Assembly: GCA_964558115.1 (NCBI GenBank)
Contig: CAZLCI010000003.1
Span: 1 to 58,306 of the forward strand
Reading direction: 5' to 3'
Length of the DNA: 58,306 nucleotides
Origin: an uncultured Nitrospinaceae bacterium
GTDB taxonomy: Bacteria > UBA8248
This document shows, one piece after another, positions 31,327-41,133 of this stretch. Under the pieces are notes generated by a model that was not told the DNA's origin, ran no database searches, and saw only the letters and a list, made by a program, of their open reading frames with translations. The position numbers and the translations under genes are program-made. Each line of letters starts with the position of its first letter. Position 1 is the first letter of the stretch.

Positions 31327-31683
31327 CTATGCGGAAAAACTTTCCCCACAACCACAAGATTGTCGTGCATTTGGATTTTTAAAAGTGAATCCTTGTCCAT
31401 TCAGCCCATCCTCAAAATCCAAAATAGTTCCAGCCAGGAAAATAAGACTTTTTTTATCAATAACAAAGGAAACGCTACTATTTTCGATCACTTGATCTAT
31501 AAGCGGATTTGTTTTTTCTTTGTTTTCAAATCTAAGAACGTAAGAAAGACCTGAACATCCACCACCTTTAACGCCAACTCGGACAACTTGATCTGAATTG
31601 CCCTCTTTTTCCATTAATCTCTTAGCATTAGAAACTGCTTTCTCTGTTATTTCTATAGTTCTGTTTTTGTCAACTACGCTCAA
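31327..31683 (-). CDS. iscA: Fe-S cluster insertion/A-type carrier protein IscA
   Basis: 118 aa with the HesB/IscA pattern (VRVGVKGGGCSGLSY ... C-terminal CGCGESF). Confidence 0.9.
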   Translation of the reverse strand: MSVVDKNRTIEITEKAVSNAKRLMEKEGNSDQVVRVGVKGGGCSGLSYVLRFENKEKTNPLIDQVIENSSVSFVIDKKSLIFLAGTILDFEDGLNGQGFTFKNPNARQSCGCGESFSA

Positions 31684-31707
31684 AGGTATCCCTTTCTAAA
31701 ATCAGCT

Positions 31708-32118
31708 TTAATGATGTCCTTCGTGTTCAACTTCTTCTATTCCATTTTTAGAGCGATAATCATTTAAGGCTGTTTTTATCGCGTCTTCTGCCAAAACTGA
31801 GCAATGAATTTTTACTGGAGGAAGATTTAGCTCTTCAACTATCTGTGTATTTTGTATTTCATGGGCTTCATCTAGATTTTTCCCTTTTAGCCACTCAGTG
31901 GCAAGAGAACTAGAGGCAATAGCACTTCCGCAGCCAAAAGTTTTAAATTTCGCGTCTTCTATAACACCACTATCATTAACTTTTATTTGCAATTTCATCA
32001 CATCACCACATTCCGGCGCACCAACAATTCCAGTTCCTACGGTTTTATCGCCTTTATCCAATGAACCAACATTACGCGGATTATTGTAATGATCTACAAC
32101 TTTGTCACTATAAGCCAT
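31708..32118 (-). CDS. iscU: Fe-S cluster scaffold IscU
   Basis: 136 aa with the blocks YSDKVVDHYNNPRNVG, GAPECGDVMKLQIKV, FKTFGCGSAIASSS and LPPVKIHCSVLAEDA. Confidence 0.95.
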   Translation of the reverse strand: MAYSDKVVDHYNNPRNVGSLDKGDKTVGTGIVGAPECGDVMKLQIKVNDSGVIEDAKFKTFGCGSAIASSSLATEWLKGKNLDEAHEIQNTQIVEELNLPPVKIHCSVLAEDAIKTALNDYRSKNGIEEVEHEGHH

Positions 32119-32161
32119 TTTAAAAAACCTCCTGTCTTAGATATAGTTTTTGATCATTTAA

Positions 32162-33382
32162 TTAATGGGATTGCCATTCAACTTTTGAAAGATCCACTCC
32201 CTCTTTAACCATTTCATAAAGGGGGCTCATCTCTCTTAGTCTCTTCACTATAGAGGCTGTCTTTTCAGCCACATAATCTATTTCTTCTTCAGTAGAGAAG
32301 CGCCCAAAGCCATATCTAATCGAAGAATGCGCTAACTCATCACCTTTTCCCATGGATTTTAAAACATAGCTTGGCTCTAGACTAGCAGAAGTACATGCGG
32401 ATCCAGAAGAAACCGCTACATCGCTAAGCCCCATTATCAGAGATTCTCCCTCAACATAAGGATAACTAATATTTAAATTTCCTGGCAAACGATTTGTTTC
32501 ATGTCCATTTACATAAACTTCTTCTAAACTTTCGAAAATTATAGACCTAAATTTCTCTCGCAAATTAGTGAGGCGAATTGTTTCACTTTCCATTTCTTCC
32601 GAACATAACTCTGCTGCTTTTCCAAATCCAACAATACCAGAAACGTTTAAAGTTCCAGAGCGCATCCCTCGTTCGTGTCCTCCGCCATCAATGATAGCCG
32701 AAAGACGAACTCTAGGCTTTCTTCTTCTAACATAAAGCATCCCTATACCCTTTGGGCCATATACCTTATGGGCGGTTGCAGATAAAAGATCTATGCCCAT
32801 TTCATTAACATCTATTGGAACTTTACCAAAACCTTGAGTTGCATCTGTATGAAAGAGTATTCCTTTCTCATGACAAAATTTACCTATTTCTTGAATCGGA
32901 TTAATAACACCTATTTCATTATTCGCGTGCATAATAGAAACCAAAATCGTATCTTCCCTAATTGCATCCTCTATCATTTTAAGAGAAGTAATTCCATCAT
33001 CTGGAGGATCAATGTAAGTCACATCAAATCCCCATGTTTCAAGTCTCTTCGCAGAATCAATGATAGCTTTATGTTCTATGGAAGATGTAACTATATGGTT
33101 CCCCTTGCTCTTATACATTTCAGCAACGCCTTTTAGGGCCATATTATCGGACTCAGTAGCTCCGCTTGTAAAAATTATCTCCCTTGGATCGGCATTTATA
33201 ACATTTGCGATTTGTTCTCTTGCCTTATCAACAGCTTTTTCAGCTTCCCATCCATAACTGTGGTTTCTGCTAGCTGCGTTACCAAAAGTATCCGTAAAAT
33301 AAGGCGTCATTGCCTCAAGTACTCTAGGATCCATTGGCGTCGTTGCTTGGTAGTCCATATAAATTGGGAACTTCAGGCTCAT
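32162..33382 (-). CDS. iscS: Cysteine desulfurase IscS
   Basis: 406 aa with the PLP lysine block [14 protein letters not shown] and the active-site loop SSGSACTS. It overlaps the 3' end of iscR by 4 nt. Confidence 0.95.
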   Translation of the reverse strand: MSLKFPIYMDYQATTPMDPRVLEAMTPYFTDTFGNAASRNHSYGWEAEKAVDKAREQIANVINADPREIIFTSGATESDNMALKGVAEMYKSKGNHIVTSSIEHKAIIDSAKRLETWGFDVTYIDPPDDGITSLKMIEDAIREDTILVSIMHANNEIGVINPIQEIGKFCHEKGILFHTDATQGFGKVPIDVNEMGIDLLSATAHKVYGPKGIGMLYVRRRKPRVRLSAIIDGGGHERGMRSGTLNVSGIVGFGKAAELCSEEMESETIRLTNLREKFRSIIFESLEEVYVNGHETNRLPGNLNISYPYVEGESLIMGLSDVAVSSGSACTSASLEPSYVLKSMGKGDELAHSSIRYGFGRFSTEEEIDYVAEKTASIVKRLREMSPLYEMVKEGVDLSKVEWQSH

Positions 33383-33807
33383 TTTATTTCTCCCGCCGGC
33401 ACACCGGCCATATCAAAAATAGTCATCCCTTCAAGTAATTCCGTTATTCTACCTTGAAGTTGCCCCATAGGATGAAAGATAGAGCAATTTCTGTACTGTT
33501 CACAGTCATCAGCATTTGTAATCTGACAACTTGTTATGGCAATTGGTCCTTCTATTGCCCTTACAACCTCTGCTATCGTAATTGTATCTGGCTCCTTTGC
33601 TAATACGTACCCTCCTTTTGGACCATTTTTTGATTCTACAAGCCCTTTTTTAGCCAATAATTGCATTGTTTTAGCAAGTAACTCAGAAGGCAAGGCACAT
33701 GCCTGCGCTATAGTTTTCGCATTTGTTGCGTTATCATTTTCAAAGTGGGTTGCAAGATAATGCAAGGCCATTAGGCCATAATCTGTTTGTTTTGTAAAAG
33801 CAAGCAA
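33379..33807 (-). CDS. iscR: Rrf2-family Fe-S regulator IscR
   Basis: 142 aa with an Rrf2 wHTH ([12 protein letters not shown]...[33 protein letters not shown]) and a Cys-containing C-terminal half. The TTG start has an AAGGAG SD 5 nt upstream. Confidence 0.85.
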   Translation of the reverse strand: MLAFTKQTDYGLMALHYLATHFENDNATNAKTIAQACALPSELLAKTMQLLAKKGLVESKNGPKGGYVLAKEPDTITIAEVVRAIEGPIAITSCQITNADDCEQYRNCSIFHPMGQLQGRITELLEGMTIFDMAGVPAGEIK

Positions 33808-33827
33808 AAATATCTCCTTATTAGTAC

Positions 33828-33871
33828 GACCAAACTAGTCGCATTAATCACTATAATGTATAATTTGTCAA
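33828..33871 (-). promoter_or_regulatory. Candidate isc operon promoter plus an imperfect inverted repeat (possible IscR operator)
   Basis: On the minus strand there is a -35 TTGACA (33871-33866), a 17-nt spacer ending in TG, and a -10 ATTAAT (33848-33843). Next comes GACTA-GTT-TGGTC (33840-33828), an imperfect palindrome between the -10 and the SD. Confidence 0.4.
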
Positions 33872-33885
33872 GTATTTAACTGAAG

Positions 33886-35043
33886 TTAATCAAATGATTC
33901 TAAGTTCCATATTCCATTTTGAAAATTAACGATTGCATATGCGTTACTTATTAAATGATTCTTGTTTTTAACTAAATTGAAATTTCCTGTAAGGCCATTA
34001 AATTTTGATATTTTCTTTAGGTACTCTAAAATAAATTTTCGTTGTCCATCAGACTGAAAAATAGCAGAAGATAAGATTTTTATTGCATCAACCGATCTTG
34101 CTGCAAAAATTGTTGGTTTGCGTCCAAACTGGTATTCAAAATTCATACGAAAACTTAAAACTTGTTTTTTATATTCATAGAAGGTAGGCAAAAAAGGTTC
34201 TGTGAAAAACTTTGGAATAATAAAATATATGGGCCTAATTGCATTAATATCTTTAAAATTCTTTCTCTCGAAAGAATCGTGGCCAAGAATAAAAAACTGT
34301 TGATGTCCTTTATAAGTCAAGCTTGCCTTAATAAGATCGAGGCTTGAAGAATTAACTGTCCAGTGCACAACTGCATCCGATGATTCTATTTTCTTTGAAC
34401 CAAGATAGGAATGAAAATTATATTCTTTTAATTTAAAAATCTTATCAGATAAAATTGAAATTTGTTTTTTGGGAGACCTTGAAAATATTTGTTTTCTTGC
34501 TTCAAGTGCATTTTTTTTTGGAAAACTTAACAATGCTATTTTCCTTAAATTTCTTTCCTTAAGAAAATCAAGCAGCAAATCAACTTCCAGAGAAGCAGAA
34601 GGTGCAATTGAAAATGCCCAATTACGCAAAACATCATTTAATTCCTCAGAAGAAGACAATGAAATAAAAGGAACCCCTAAGTTCTCCGCAGCTTTTGCAG
34701 AAGAAATTGCTTGATTTATTTGAGACGGGCCAATTATTGCCAACACTTTATGCTTAAGATAAAGCAACTGCACCGATTCTGCCGCAGACTCTGCAGTCTT
34801 TCCTGCTTTGATAAAAACTAGGGAGATTTGTTTTTTTGATTCAAGTTTTTGGTTTAGATTTCGAATTTGAAAAATAACCGAATCTCTAATATCTGAACTG
34901 TATTTATTTTCTGCTTCCTCTGCGCTCATGATAATTCCAATAACTCTTTCCTTTGACCCCTCTGAAAAAGAGATAAAATATTCTAGAAAGAACAAAGAGG
35001 AAAAAATTAAAGCAAAAAAGAGAACTTTTTTTATTTGGAACAT
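33886..35043 (-). CDS. Type-1 periplasmic binding protein-fold protein (LivK/Peripla_BP_6-like), orphan
   Basis: 385 aa with an N-terminal signal or anchor. It has PBP-like blocks (VLAIIGPSQINQAISSAKAAENLGVPFIS, RKIALL). No ABC permease or ATPase gene is adjacent. Confidence 0.5.
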   Translation of the reverse strand: MFQIKKVLFFALIFSSLFFLEYFISFSEGSKERVIGIIMSAEEAENKYSSDIRDSVIFQIRNLNQKLESKKQISLVFIKAGKTAESAAESVQLLYLKHKVLAIIGPSQINQAISSAKAAENLGVPFISLSSSEELNDVLRNWAFSIAPSASLEVDLLLDFLKERNLRKIALLSFPKKNALEARKQIFSRSPKKQISILSDKIFKLKEYNFHSYLGSKKIESSDAVVHWTVNSSSLDLIKASLTYKGHQQFFILGHDSFERKNFKDINAIRPIYFIIPKFFTEPFLPTFYEYKKQVLSFRMNFEYQFGRKPTIFAARSVDAIKILSSAIFQSDGQRKFILEYLKKISKFNGLTGNFNLVKNKNHLISNAYAIVNFQNGIWNLESFD

Positions 35044-35094
35044 TGTCTCTCCATAGGGTACTCTAAAAAATTAAAACACATCTAAAGACAAAAA

Positions 35095-36180
35095 ATGAAA
35101 AAAAATAAATTAAATAAATATACAAATCATACTTTAATTAGGAAAAATATTTTACTTTGGTACGACCAAAACAAAAGAGATCTCCCTTGGAGAAAAAATA
35201 AAAATCCCTATCGAATTTGGATTTCTGAAATAATGCTTCAACAGACAACAGTAAAGTTTATAGAGGAAAGGTTTGTCAGTTTTTTAAGTAGATTTCCATC
35301 TGTAAAAATTCTCGCAAACGCCTCAATTGGAGAGGTTTTAAACGAATGGCAGGGGATTGGTTATTATAGTCGAGCAAGGAATCTGCATCTTTCTGCAAAA
35401 ATAATTCTTTCAGAATATAAAGGTAAAATTCCAGCAAAACAAGATGATTTAAAAAAACTTCCTGGTATTGGCAATTATACTGCCGCTGCAATAGGGAGCA
35501 TTGCATTTGATGAAAATATTCCTGCAATTGATGCGAATTGGATTAGAGTTATGTCTAGAATACTAGACTTTCAAGGACATATAGATACAAAAAAATCCTT
35601 GAAACATCTTGAAGAATTTGCAAAAAGAATTATGTCTAAAAAAAGGCCCGGGGATTTTAATCAAGCGATCATGGATTTAGGATCTAAGATTTGCAAACCA
35701 AAGAAAATTCACTGCGAATTATGTCCGATTGCCAGTAAATGTTTGTCAAATAAAAACAAAACATCTCTACTAATACCTAAAAAAAAGCAAAAGAAAGAAA
35801 GAAAATTAAAAACTTTTTTTCAGTTTTATGCTGAGCATAATGAAAAATTTCTAATGAAAAAGAGAAGAAATAGTGGACTTTTCAAAGGGCTTTGGGAATT
35901 GCCTGGCTGGGAAGTGGATGGTCATTTTATTGACTGTTCAAAAAAACAGAAAAAAGAAAAATTTGACTCTTTTTTTGTAGCAAAAAACACTTCCATGAAA
36001 AAAATTATTGAAAAGAAAATACAGCTTACCCATATAGAAATTTTATTTGTGGTTTTTAAAGTTTCGGTTAATTCAATGGATTCAAAAGTATTCGATGGAA
36101 TATGGGTTGAAAAGGATGGTCTGTTAGGGGAAGGAATTTCAAGCGCTCAGAAAAAGATTATTGATTGCATACAGCAATAG
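35095..36180 (+). CDS. mutY: A/G-specific adenine DNA glycosylase
   Basis: 361 aa with an HhH-GPD core (LPWRKNKNPYRIWISEIMLQQT, LPGIGNYTAAAI), a 4Fe-4S Cys cluster (C-x6-C-xx-C-x5-C) and a NUDIX-like C-terminal domain. Confidence 0.85.
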   Translation: MKKNKLNKYTNHTLIRKNILLWYDQNKRDLPWRKNKNPYRIWISEIMLQQTTVKFIEERFVSFLSRFPSVKILANASIGEVLNEWQGIGYYSRARNLHLSAKIILSEYKGKIPAKQDDLKKLPGIGNYTAAAIGSIAFDENIPAIDANWIRVMSRILDFQGHIDTKKSLKHLEEFAKRIMSKKRPGDFNQAIMDLGSKICKPKKIHCELCPIASKCLSNKNKTSLLIPKKKQKKERKLKTFFQFYAEHNEKFLMKKRRNSGLFKGLWELPGWEVDGHFIDCSKKQKKEKFDSFFVAKNTSMKKIIEKKIQLTHIEILFVVFKVSVNSMDSKVFDGIWVEKDGLLGEGISSAQKKIIDCIQQ

Positions 36181-36195
36181 AAGTAATAGTTAAAA

Positions 36196-37098
36196 TTATT
36201 TTTCAAATTTTCTTTTTAGATACGCATGAAGAGAAAGTGGTTTTATTTTAAAAACGTCCTGCATTTCTGATGAATCGCAAATATTGTCCTCTTTAAGCAT
36301 CGTAATTTGATCTTCTGTAAATGGAGGCTTTATAGGTAGTAAATTAAAAATCTTCGCTTGAATTTTTGCAATTAGAAACGGGAGTGGTGCTAAAAATCTT
36401 TTTCTTCCCATAGCGCTAACTATTAATTCAATAAGATCTCTTAAAGATAAAGCATGTTCGCCACCCTGATCAAAAGTTTTTCCAAAAGTTTCAGGCATAC
36501 TTAAAGACTTAACAAAACAGTGGCATACATCTTCTACCCATATAGGTTGCAATTTTCCATGCCCACCTCCAATTAGAGGCAAAACCGGAAGAAAACGAGC
36601 CATTCCTGCAAACACATTAATAAACTCATCTTCCTCCCCAAAAACAATCGAGGGTCTAAAAATGGTCCAATCAAATTTCATATTTCTAACCAATAATTCT
36701 GCTTCCCATTTTGTTTTATGATATCTAGAAACAGCATTATCTCTCGTCCCCAATGCGCTCATTTGAATAAATCGATTAACTCCTGCTTCCTCGGCAGCAA
36801 GAATTAATTTTCTAGTGCCTTCTACATGAATCTTTTCAAAACCCGCGGTTCCTTTCTCTATGATTATACCTACCAAATTAATTACCGCATCACTTTTATC
36901 AATCAGCTTTGCGAGTTGACTGGGAGTATATTCAATAATATCGCCTCTTACAGGATATATGTTTTTTTCTCCAGCTAATCGTTGTCTTTCTGATTCTGGA
37001 TTGCGACACAAAACTCTGCACTCATGACCAGCCAAAGATAATTGGCGCACCAAAACTCTGCCTATATAACCGCTGCCACCTGCAATAAAAACTTTCAT
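36196..37098 (-). CDS. NAD(P)H-binding SDR-superfamily protein (NDUFA9/NmrA-like)
   Basis: 300 aa with an N-terminal Rossmann motif MKVFIAGGSGYIGR and extended-SDR architecture. Confidence 0.75.
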   Translation of the reverse strand: MKVFIAGGSGYIGRVLVRQLSLAGHECRVLCRNPESERQRLAGEKNIYPVRGDIIEYTPSQLAKLIDKSDAVINLVGIIIEKGTAGFEKIHVEGTRKLILAAEEAGVNRFIQMSALGTRDNAVSRYHKTKWEAELLVRNMKFDWTIFRPSIVFGEEDEFINVFAGMARFLPVLPLIGGGHGKLQPIWVEDVCHCFVKSLSMPETFGKTFDQGGEHALSLRDLIELIVSAMGRKRFLAPLPFLIAKIQAKIFNLLPIKPPFTEDQITMLKEDNICDSSEMQDVFKIKPLSLHAYLKRKFEK

Positions 37099-37162
37099 TT
37101 AGACTCTCCCAGCAAAAAACAAAAACTTTATCTATTTAATATAAAAGGCCGTATCTAAACAA

Positions 37163-38428
37163 CTACACTTTCATAACTTCTTTTAAAACCTGTGTTGCAA
37201 ATGCTCCTTTTGAAAGTTCTAAGTTTAAAAAAAGATCGTTCTTTATTAATTTAATTTCAAAATTTAAAATTTCAGTTCTATAAGCTCTTCTTCCACCTTT
37301 TAGCTGAATTTCTGTAAGATTTGATATAAAATTATCTATACATAAATCATATTTTAACAAAACGGAGGCTTCGATCTCTAGTTCAATCCCAAAAGGTTTC
37401 AACATCCTCTTTCCAAAAATTGGACCAGACGCGCTTACAGAAGAATCTAATCTGCTTTTTTCTGCTTCTGCATAATTCCTCATTAGTTGAGGTCTTGAAA
37501 AATTATCAGAAAGAGCAACATCTCCTTCCAATAAAGAATCAAAGTATCCTAATTCTAAACGAAGAGAAAGGCACTCATTAAATAGTTGAGATTGAAAAGC
37601 AGATCCAAAAAAATTGCGCTCTAGAAATGGTATAGATTTAATTGCTTTTTCATTTGAATTTCCATTAGCCAAAGATGTAAGAACGCGTTGTTCAGCTACC
37701 CATGAATTTGGCCAAAGCTCTTTCGCACCCAAAAAATCAGATTTTTCAAATTTTACAACAGCTTCATTTAGTCTGATTTTTTCAAGATTATTTGCAGTTT
37801 CTAATCTTTTTTCTCCAACCAAAGAAGAAACAGCGAAATTATAATCATGAGACAATAAAAACCTTCCAATATTCGCTACATTTCCGTGTATGCCAAATCT
37901 TTGCGAACCAAAGTAATTTGGTAATTTATTGAAAACTAGATGCTCAATTATTTCTCTAGACTTTTCTAAGGCAAAACAGGAAACATCCCTGATTCTAATA
38001 TGAAACTTGTTGCTCTTTAAGGCTCCCCTTCTTAGTTTTTTAAGTCCTCTTTTAAAACACAAAAAAATACAATTTTTATTGTATAGGTTTTCTAGTTCAG
38101 TTTTTTTATTAAGAAATTCTTTATGAGAACAAGCTACAGAAAACCATTGTCTGGAGTAACTATTTGAATCTTTTCTCCCCGCATATCCAACATCCCAGTC
38201 ACGAACATTAAAAATTTTTGCCAATATTCTCGCTAAATCAACCGTATTAATACCAACTTTTTCAAAAAATAAATATAAATGATTTCCCTCTCCTGACGGA
38301 GGATCGGCTAATATCTCCTCCACTATAAAATCTTTAGCTTTGGATTTTATCTTTCCACCAATACCAGGAAATTCGGCTGTAAAAAATTTTGATTCTATGT
38401 ATTGAAGATTTGATTTTGGTTTAAACAT
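37163..38428 (-). CDS. truD: tRNA pseudouridine(13) synthase
   Basis: 421 aa with TruD blocks (DFIVEEI, GYAGRKDSNSYSRQWFS carrying the catalytic Asp, FGSQRFG). Confidence 0.85.
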   Translation of the reverse strand: MFKPKSNLQYIESKFFTAEFPGIGGKIKSKAKDFIVEEILADPPSGEGNHLYLFFEKVGINTVDLARILAKIFNVRDWDVGYAGRKDSNSYSRQWFSVACSHKEFLNKKTELENLYNKNCIFLCFKRGLKKLRRGALKSNKFHIRIRDVSCFALEKSREIIEHLVFNKLPNYFGSQRFGIHGNVANIGRFLLSHDYNFAVSSLVGEKRLETANNLEKIRLNEAVVKFEKSDFLGAKELWPNSWVAEQRVLTSLANGNSNEKAIKSIPFLERNFFGSAFQSQLFNECLSLRLELGYFDSLLEGDVALSDNFSRPQLMRNYAEAEKSRLDSSVSASGPIFGKRMLKPFGIELEIEASVLLKYDLCIDNFISNLTEIQLKGGRRAYRTEILNFEIKLIKNDLFLNLELSKGAFATQVLKEVMKV

Positions 38429-38440
38429 GCAAACTAAGAA

Positions 38441-39337
38441 CTATCTTTTTGGCTTTATAATTGGCAAATCTTCTCTATCACCCCATTCTTTCCAGGAGCC
38501 AATATAATTTCTAACTTTCGAGTAACCAAGCAAACGATATACGAGATACGCATAAGCTGAGCGATATCCTCCTTGGCACAGTGGAATGATTTCTTTGTCT
38601 TTTGTTAGTTTTTTTTCTTCCAGCATTAAACGAAGCTCTTGTGCAGGCTTTACAAAACCTTCATCAGAAACAAAATCAAGCCACTCTAAATGAATTGAGT
38701 TAGGAATTGCGCCACCTCGTGCAGCTCGTATCGTTTCCCCATAAAATTCACCCTCAGAACGAGTATCGTGTATAGCGACATCGTTACGATCCATATTTTT
38801 TAAAATATAATCAGCAGAAGCTATTTTTGTGTTATCGGCTTCTTTTAAATGCTCCGTAAAAGAAGTCCGAATTATAGCTTTTATATTACCTGAATCGTCA
38901 TCATGGAAACTTCCTGTTAAAGGCCAGGGATCAGATGATACTGGCAATCCTTCGTTTATCCAGGAATTAATGCCGCCGTCCAAAATATGAACATTTTCAT
39001 GACCTAAATATTCAAGGAACCAAAAACCCCTGGCCGATCTCATTCCAGAGTTTTCTTCATAAAAAACAACTCTCTTATCGTAATCAACTCCTCTTATTTC
39101 CATTAAATATGCCAGCATCCAAGTAAATGATTTAAGAGGCGCAGGAGAAGTGTCGTTTAAAGAAATACCATATAAATCAAGGTGAGCTGCGCCTTCTATG
39201 TGGGCATTGCAAAATTCAGGAGATGGTCTTGTGTCAATAATTATAAGATCAGAGCTTTTTTGATCACCAATCAACTCATTGAGTTCATTTGGCTTTAATA
39301 AAATTTCAGAGTTTTCGTAGGTGTTTCTCAATATCAT
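38441..39337 (-). CDS. Tandem-rhodanese sulfurtransferase (thiosulfate/3-mercaptopyruvate type)
   Basis: 298 aa with two rhodanese domains. The active-site loop in the second domain is CQGGYRS. Confidence 0.85.
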   Translation of the reverse strand: MILRNTYENSEILLKPNELNELIGDQKSSDLIIIDTRPSPEFCNAHIEGAAHLDLYGISLNDTSPAPLKSFTWMLAYLMEIRGVDYDKRVVFYEENSGMRSARGFWFLEYLGHENVHILDGGINSWINEGLPVSSDPWPLTGSFHDDDSGNIKAIIRTSFTEHLKEADNTKIASADYILKNMDRNDVAIHDTRSEGEFYGETIRAARGGAIPNSIHLEWLDFVSDEGFVKPAQELRLMLEEKKLTKDKEIIPLCQGGYRSAYAYLVYRLLGYSKVRNYIGSWKEWGDREDLPIIKPKR

Positions 39338-39370
39338 CTTCCTTTTTAAAAAAAACGGAGAAATTCTTTT

Positions 39371-39805
39371 TTAACGATATTCCATTGGATCAAAGGGGTT
39401 AAGTGGAACATTTAATTCTTTATTAAGAGGGGAAGGTTGAAGGATTTTAATATGAACCATTTCACGCCCTCTTTCAGTGACAAATTTATAACTTAACTTT
39501 GAAATCAAATCATAATTATACCAAACATGAGTTTTTCCACTTTTATTACTTCCTAGAACCAAGTGTATCATATCAATTTCGCCATCTTCATGTGAAATTA
39601 TTTCCATTTTTTTTATTTCAGATCCAAAAGTTTCAAGTTTTCCAGATGGCATTGTTATTGTGACAATTAAATGTAAATTAACTTTGGTCTCTTTGGTTTT
39701 TTCTTCTGCTTTTATTGTATTGCTCTGTTTTAAGTTTTTATTTTCCGCAAAACTAATCCCATACATTAGGAAAAAAGCACTAATAATAAATAGAAGAATT
39801 CTCAT
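39371..39805 (-). CDS. Hypothetical secreted protein
   Basis: 144 aa with a signal peptide (MRILLFIISAFFLMYGISFA). No family was recognised. Confidence 0.45.
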   Translation of the reverse strand: MRILLFIISAFFLMYGISFAENKNLKQSNTIKAEEKTKETKVNLHLIVTITMPSGKLETFGSEIKKMEIISHEDGEIDMIHLVLGSNKSGKTHVWYNYDLISKLSYKFVTERGREMVHIKILQPSPLNKELNVPLNPFDPMEYR

Positions 39806-39826
39806 CTTAATACTCCTTATAGAGCC

Positions 39827-41131
39827 CTAATTCTTATCGCTCTTCACACACCTAAAACCATAAACAGGCAATTTCCTATTTGCTAAATCCCCAGTACGAT
39901 TAAAATTTTTTAAAGCCCAAGGACCATTTGCCCATGAACCCCCCTTTAGAACTCTAAGTGCAATTTTATCTCTTCTGACAGAATAAATTGTTTTGTTGTC
40001 TGTATTATACTTGTCCTGCACCCATTCCCATACATTTCCAGCTAAATCTTCCACGCCATGTATGTTAGCTCCTTGGGGCCTTCTTCCTACTGCCTTAGGG
40101 CCACCAGTAATTAAGTCCAGACCAAAAATAGCATTTCTTTGTTTTAATTTCATTCCCCAAGGAAATTTCCTTTTCATTGGCCCGCCTTGCGCTGCATAAG
40201 ACCATTCAGTTTCTGTTGGCAATCTTTTTTTTACCCAGGAACAAAAAGCCTTTGCTTCAACCCAGGAAACACCAACAACTGGAAGATGCGCACCTGAAAA
40301 TTGTTCACTATCCCAAAATGGAGGCTCTGGATATCCTGAGGATTTTACAAACATAGCATACTGCGAATTAGTTACTTCAAATTTATCCATCAAAAATGAT
40401 TTTACTTTAATTCTTTTTCTTTTTTTATTTTTTAAAAATCTTTTGTTCGTTGAAAAATAAAACTTGCCTCCATTAATTAAGACCATGTTTAAATCTGTCG
40501 GTTTTTCTGGAACTATCAAATCATTTTTTTTGTTTCCTAATCCTTGATATTTAGATACCCCCTTTTTTTGGGAAAAGACTTTTTTTAAATTTATCCCTTT
40601 CTCACCAAAAGAAGATTTTTTTTCTAAATCAATCTGTGTTAATTCTGGCCATTTATTTCTATCAAGTTTCCCTAGTAGTTTCTCCGCTTCTAATAATTTT
40701 CCGTTTCTATAAAAAAGATAGGCTAATCCTCGTTTTGCGCTGCCATCTCTTGGGTAGCTTTTATTTGCTTTTTTAAAAAAGACTAAAGCTTTCTTGAATT
40801 GACTAGAATCATAAAGTGTCCACCCGATTCCCGTTAATGCATGTAAATTTCTAGGCTCTATACTAAGGGCTTTTAGAAAAAACTTTTCAGCAGATTTGTA
40901 GTTTTTCCTTCTATATTCTCTCTCGCCTTTTAGGCTTAGAGTTTGAATTTTTTCAGATTTTTGTGATCTTATTTTTTTTGCTTTTGTTTTAAGTTTTTGC
41001 TTAGGTATTGTTACTTTTTCTGCTGGGGTTGTTGAAGGGAGTTTCTTTTCTACCGAACATCCAGAAACCAGAAGGGCAAGGATTATAAATAAAAAATATG
41101 AAATAGGTTTCATTATAGTTAAAAAAGACAA
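39827..41131 (-). CDS. Lipoprotein with N-terminal TPR repeats and a C-terminal formylglycine-generating-enzyme (SUMF1/FGE) domain
   Basis: It has a lipobox (LLVSGCS) and TPR-like repeats. The FGE-domain blocks are FLMDKFEVTNSQYAMFV, PVVGVSWVEAKAFCSW, LPTETEWSYAA, GNVWEWVQD, VLKGGSW and GFRCV. Confidence 0.8.
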   Translation of the reverse strand: MSFLTIMKPISYFLFIILALLVSGCSVEKKLPSTTPAEKVTIPKQKLKTKAKKIRSQKSEKIQTLSLKGEREYRRKNYKSAEKFFLKALSIEPRNLHALTGIGWTLYDSSQFKKALVFFKKANKSYPRDGSAKRGLAYLFYRNGKLLEAEKLLGKLDRNKWPELTQIDLEKKSSFGEKGINLKKVFSQKKGVSKYQGLGNKKNDLIVPEKPTDLNMVLINGGKFYFSTNKRFLKNKKRKRIKVKSFLMDKFEVTNSQYAMFVKSSGYPEPPFWDSEQFSGAHLPVVGVSWVEAKAFCSWVKKRLPTETEWSYAAQGGPMKRKFPWGMKLKQRNAIFGLDLITGGPKAVGRRPQGANIHGVEDLAGNVWEWVQDKYNTDNKTIYSVRRDKIALRVLKGGSWANGPWALKNFNRTGDLANRKLPVYGFRCVKSDKN

Positions 41132-41133
41132 TC

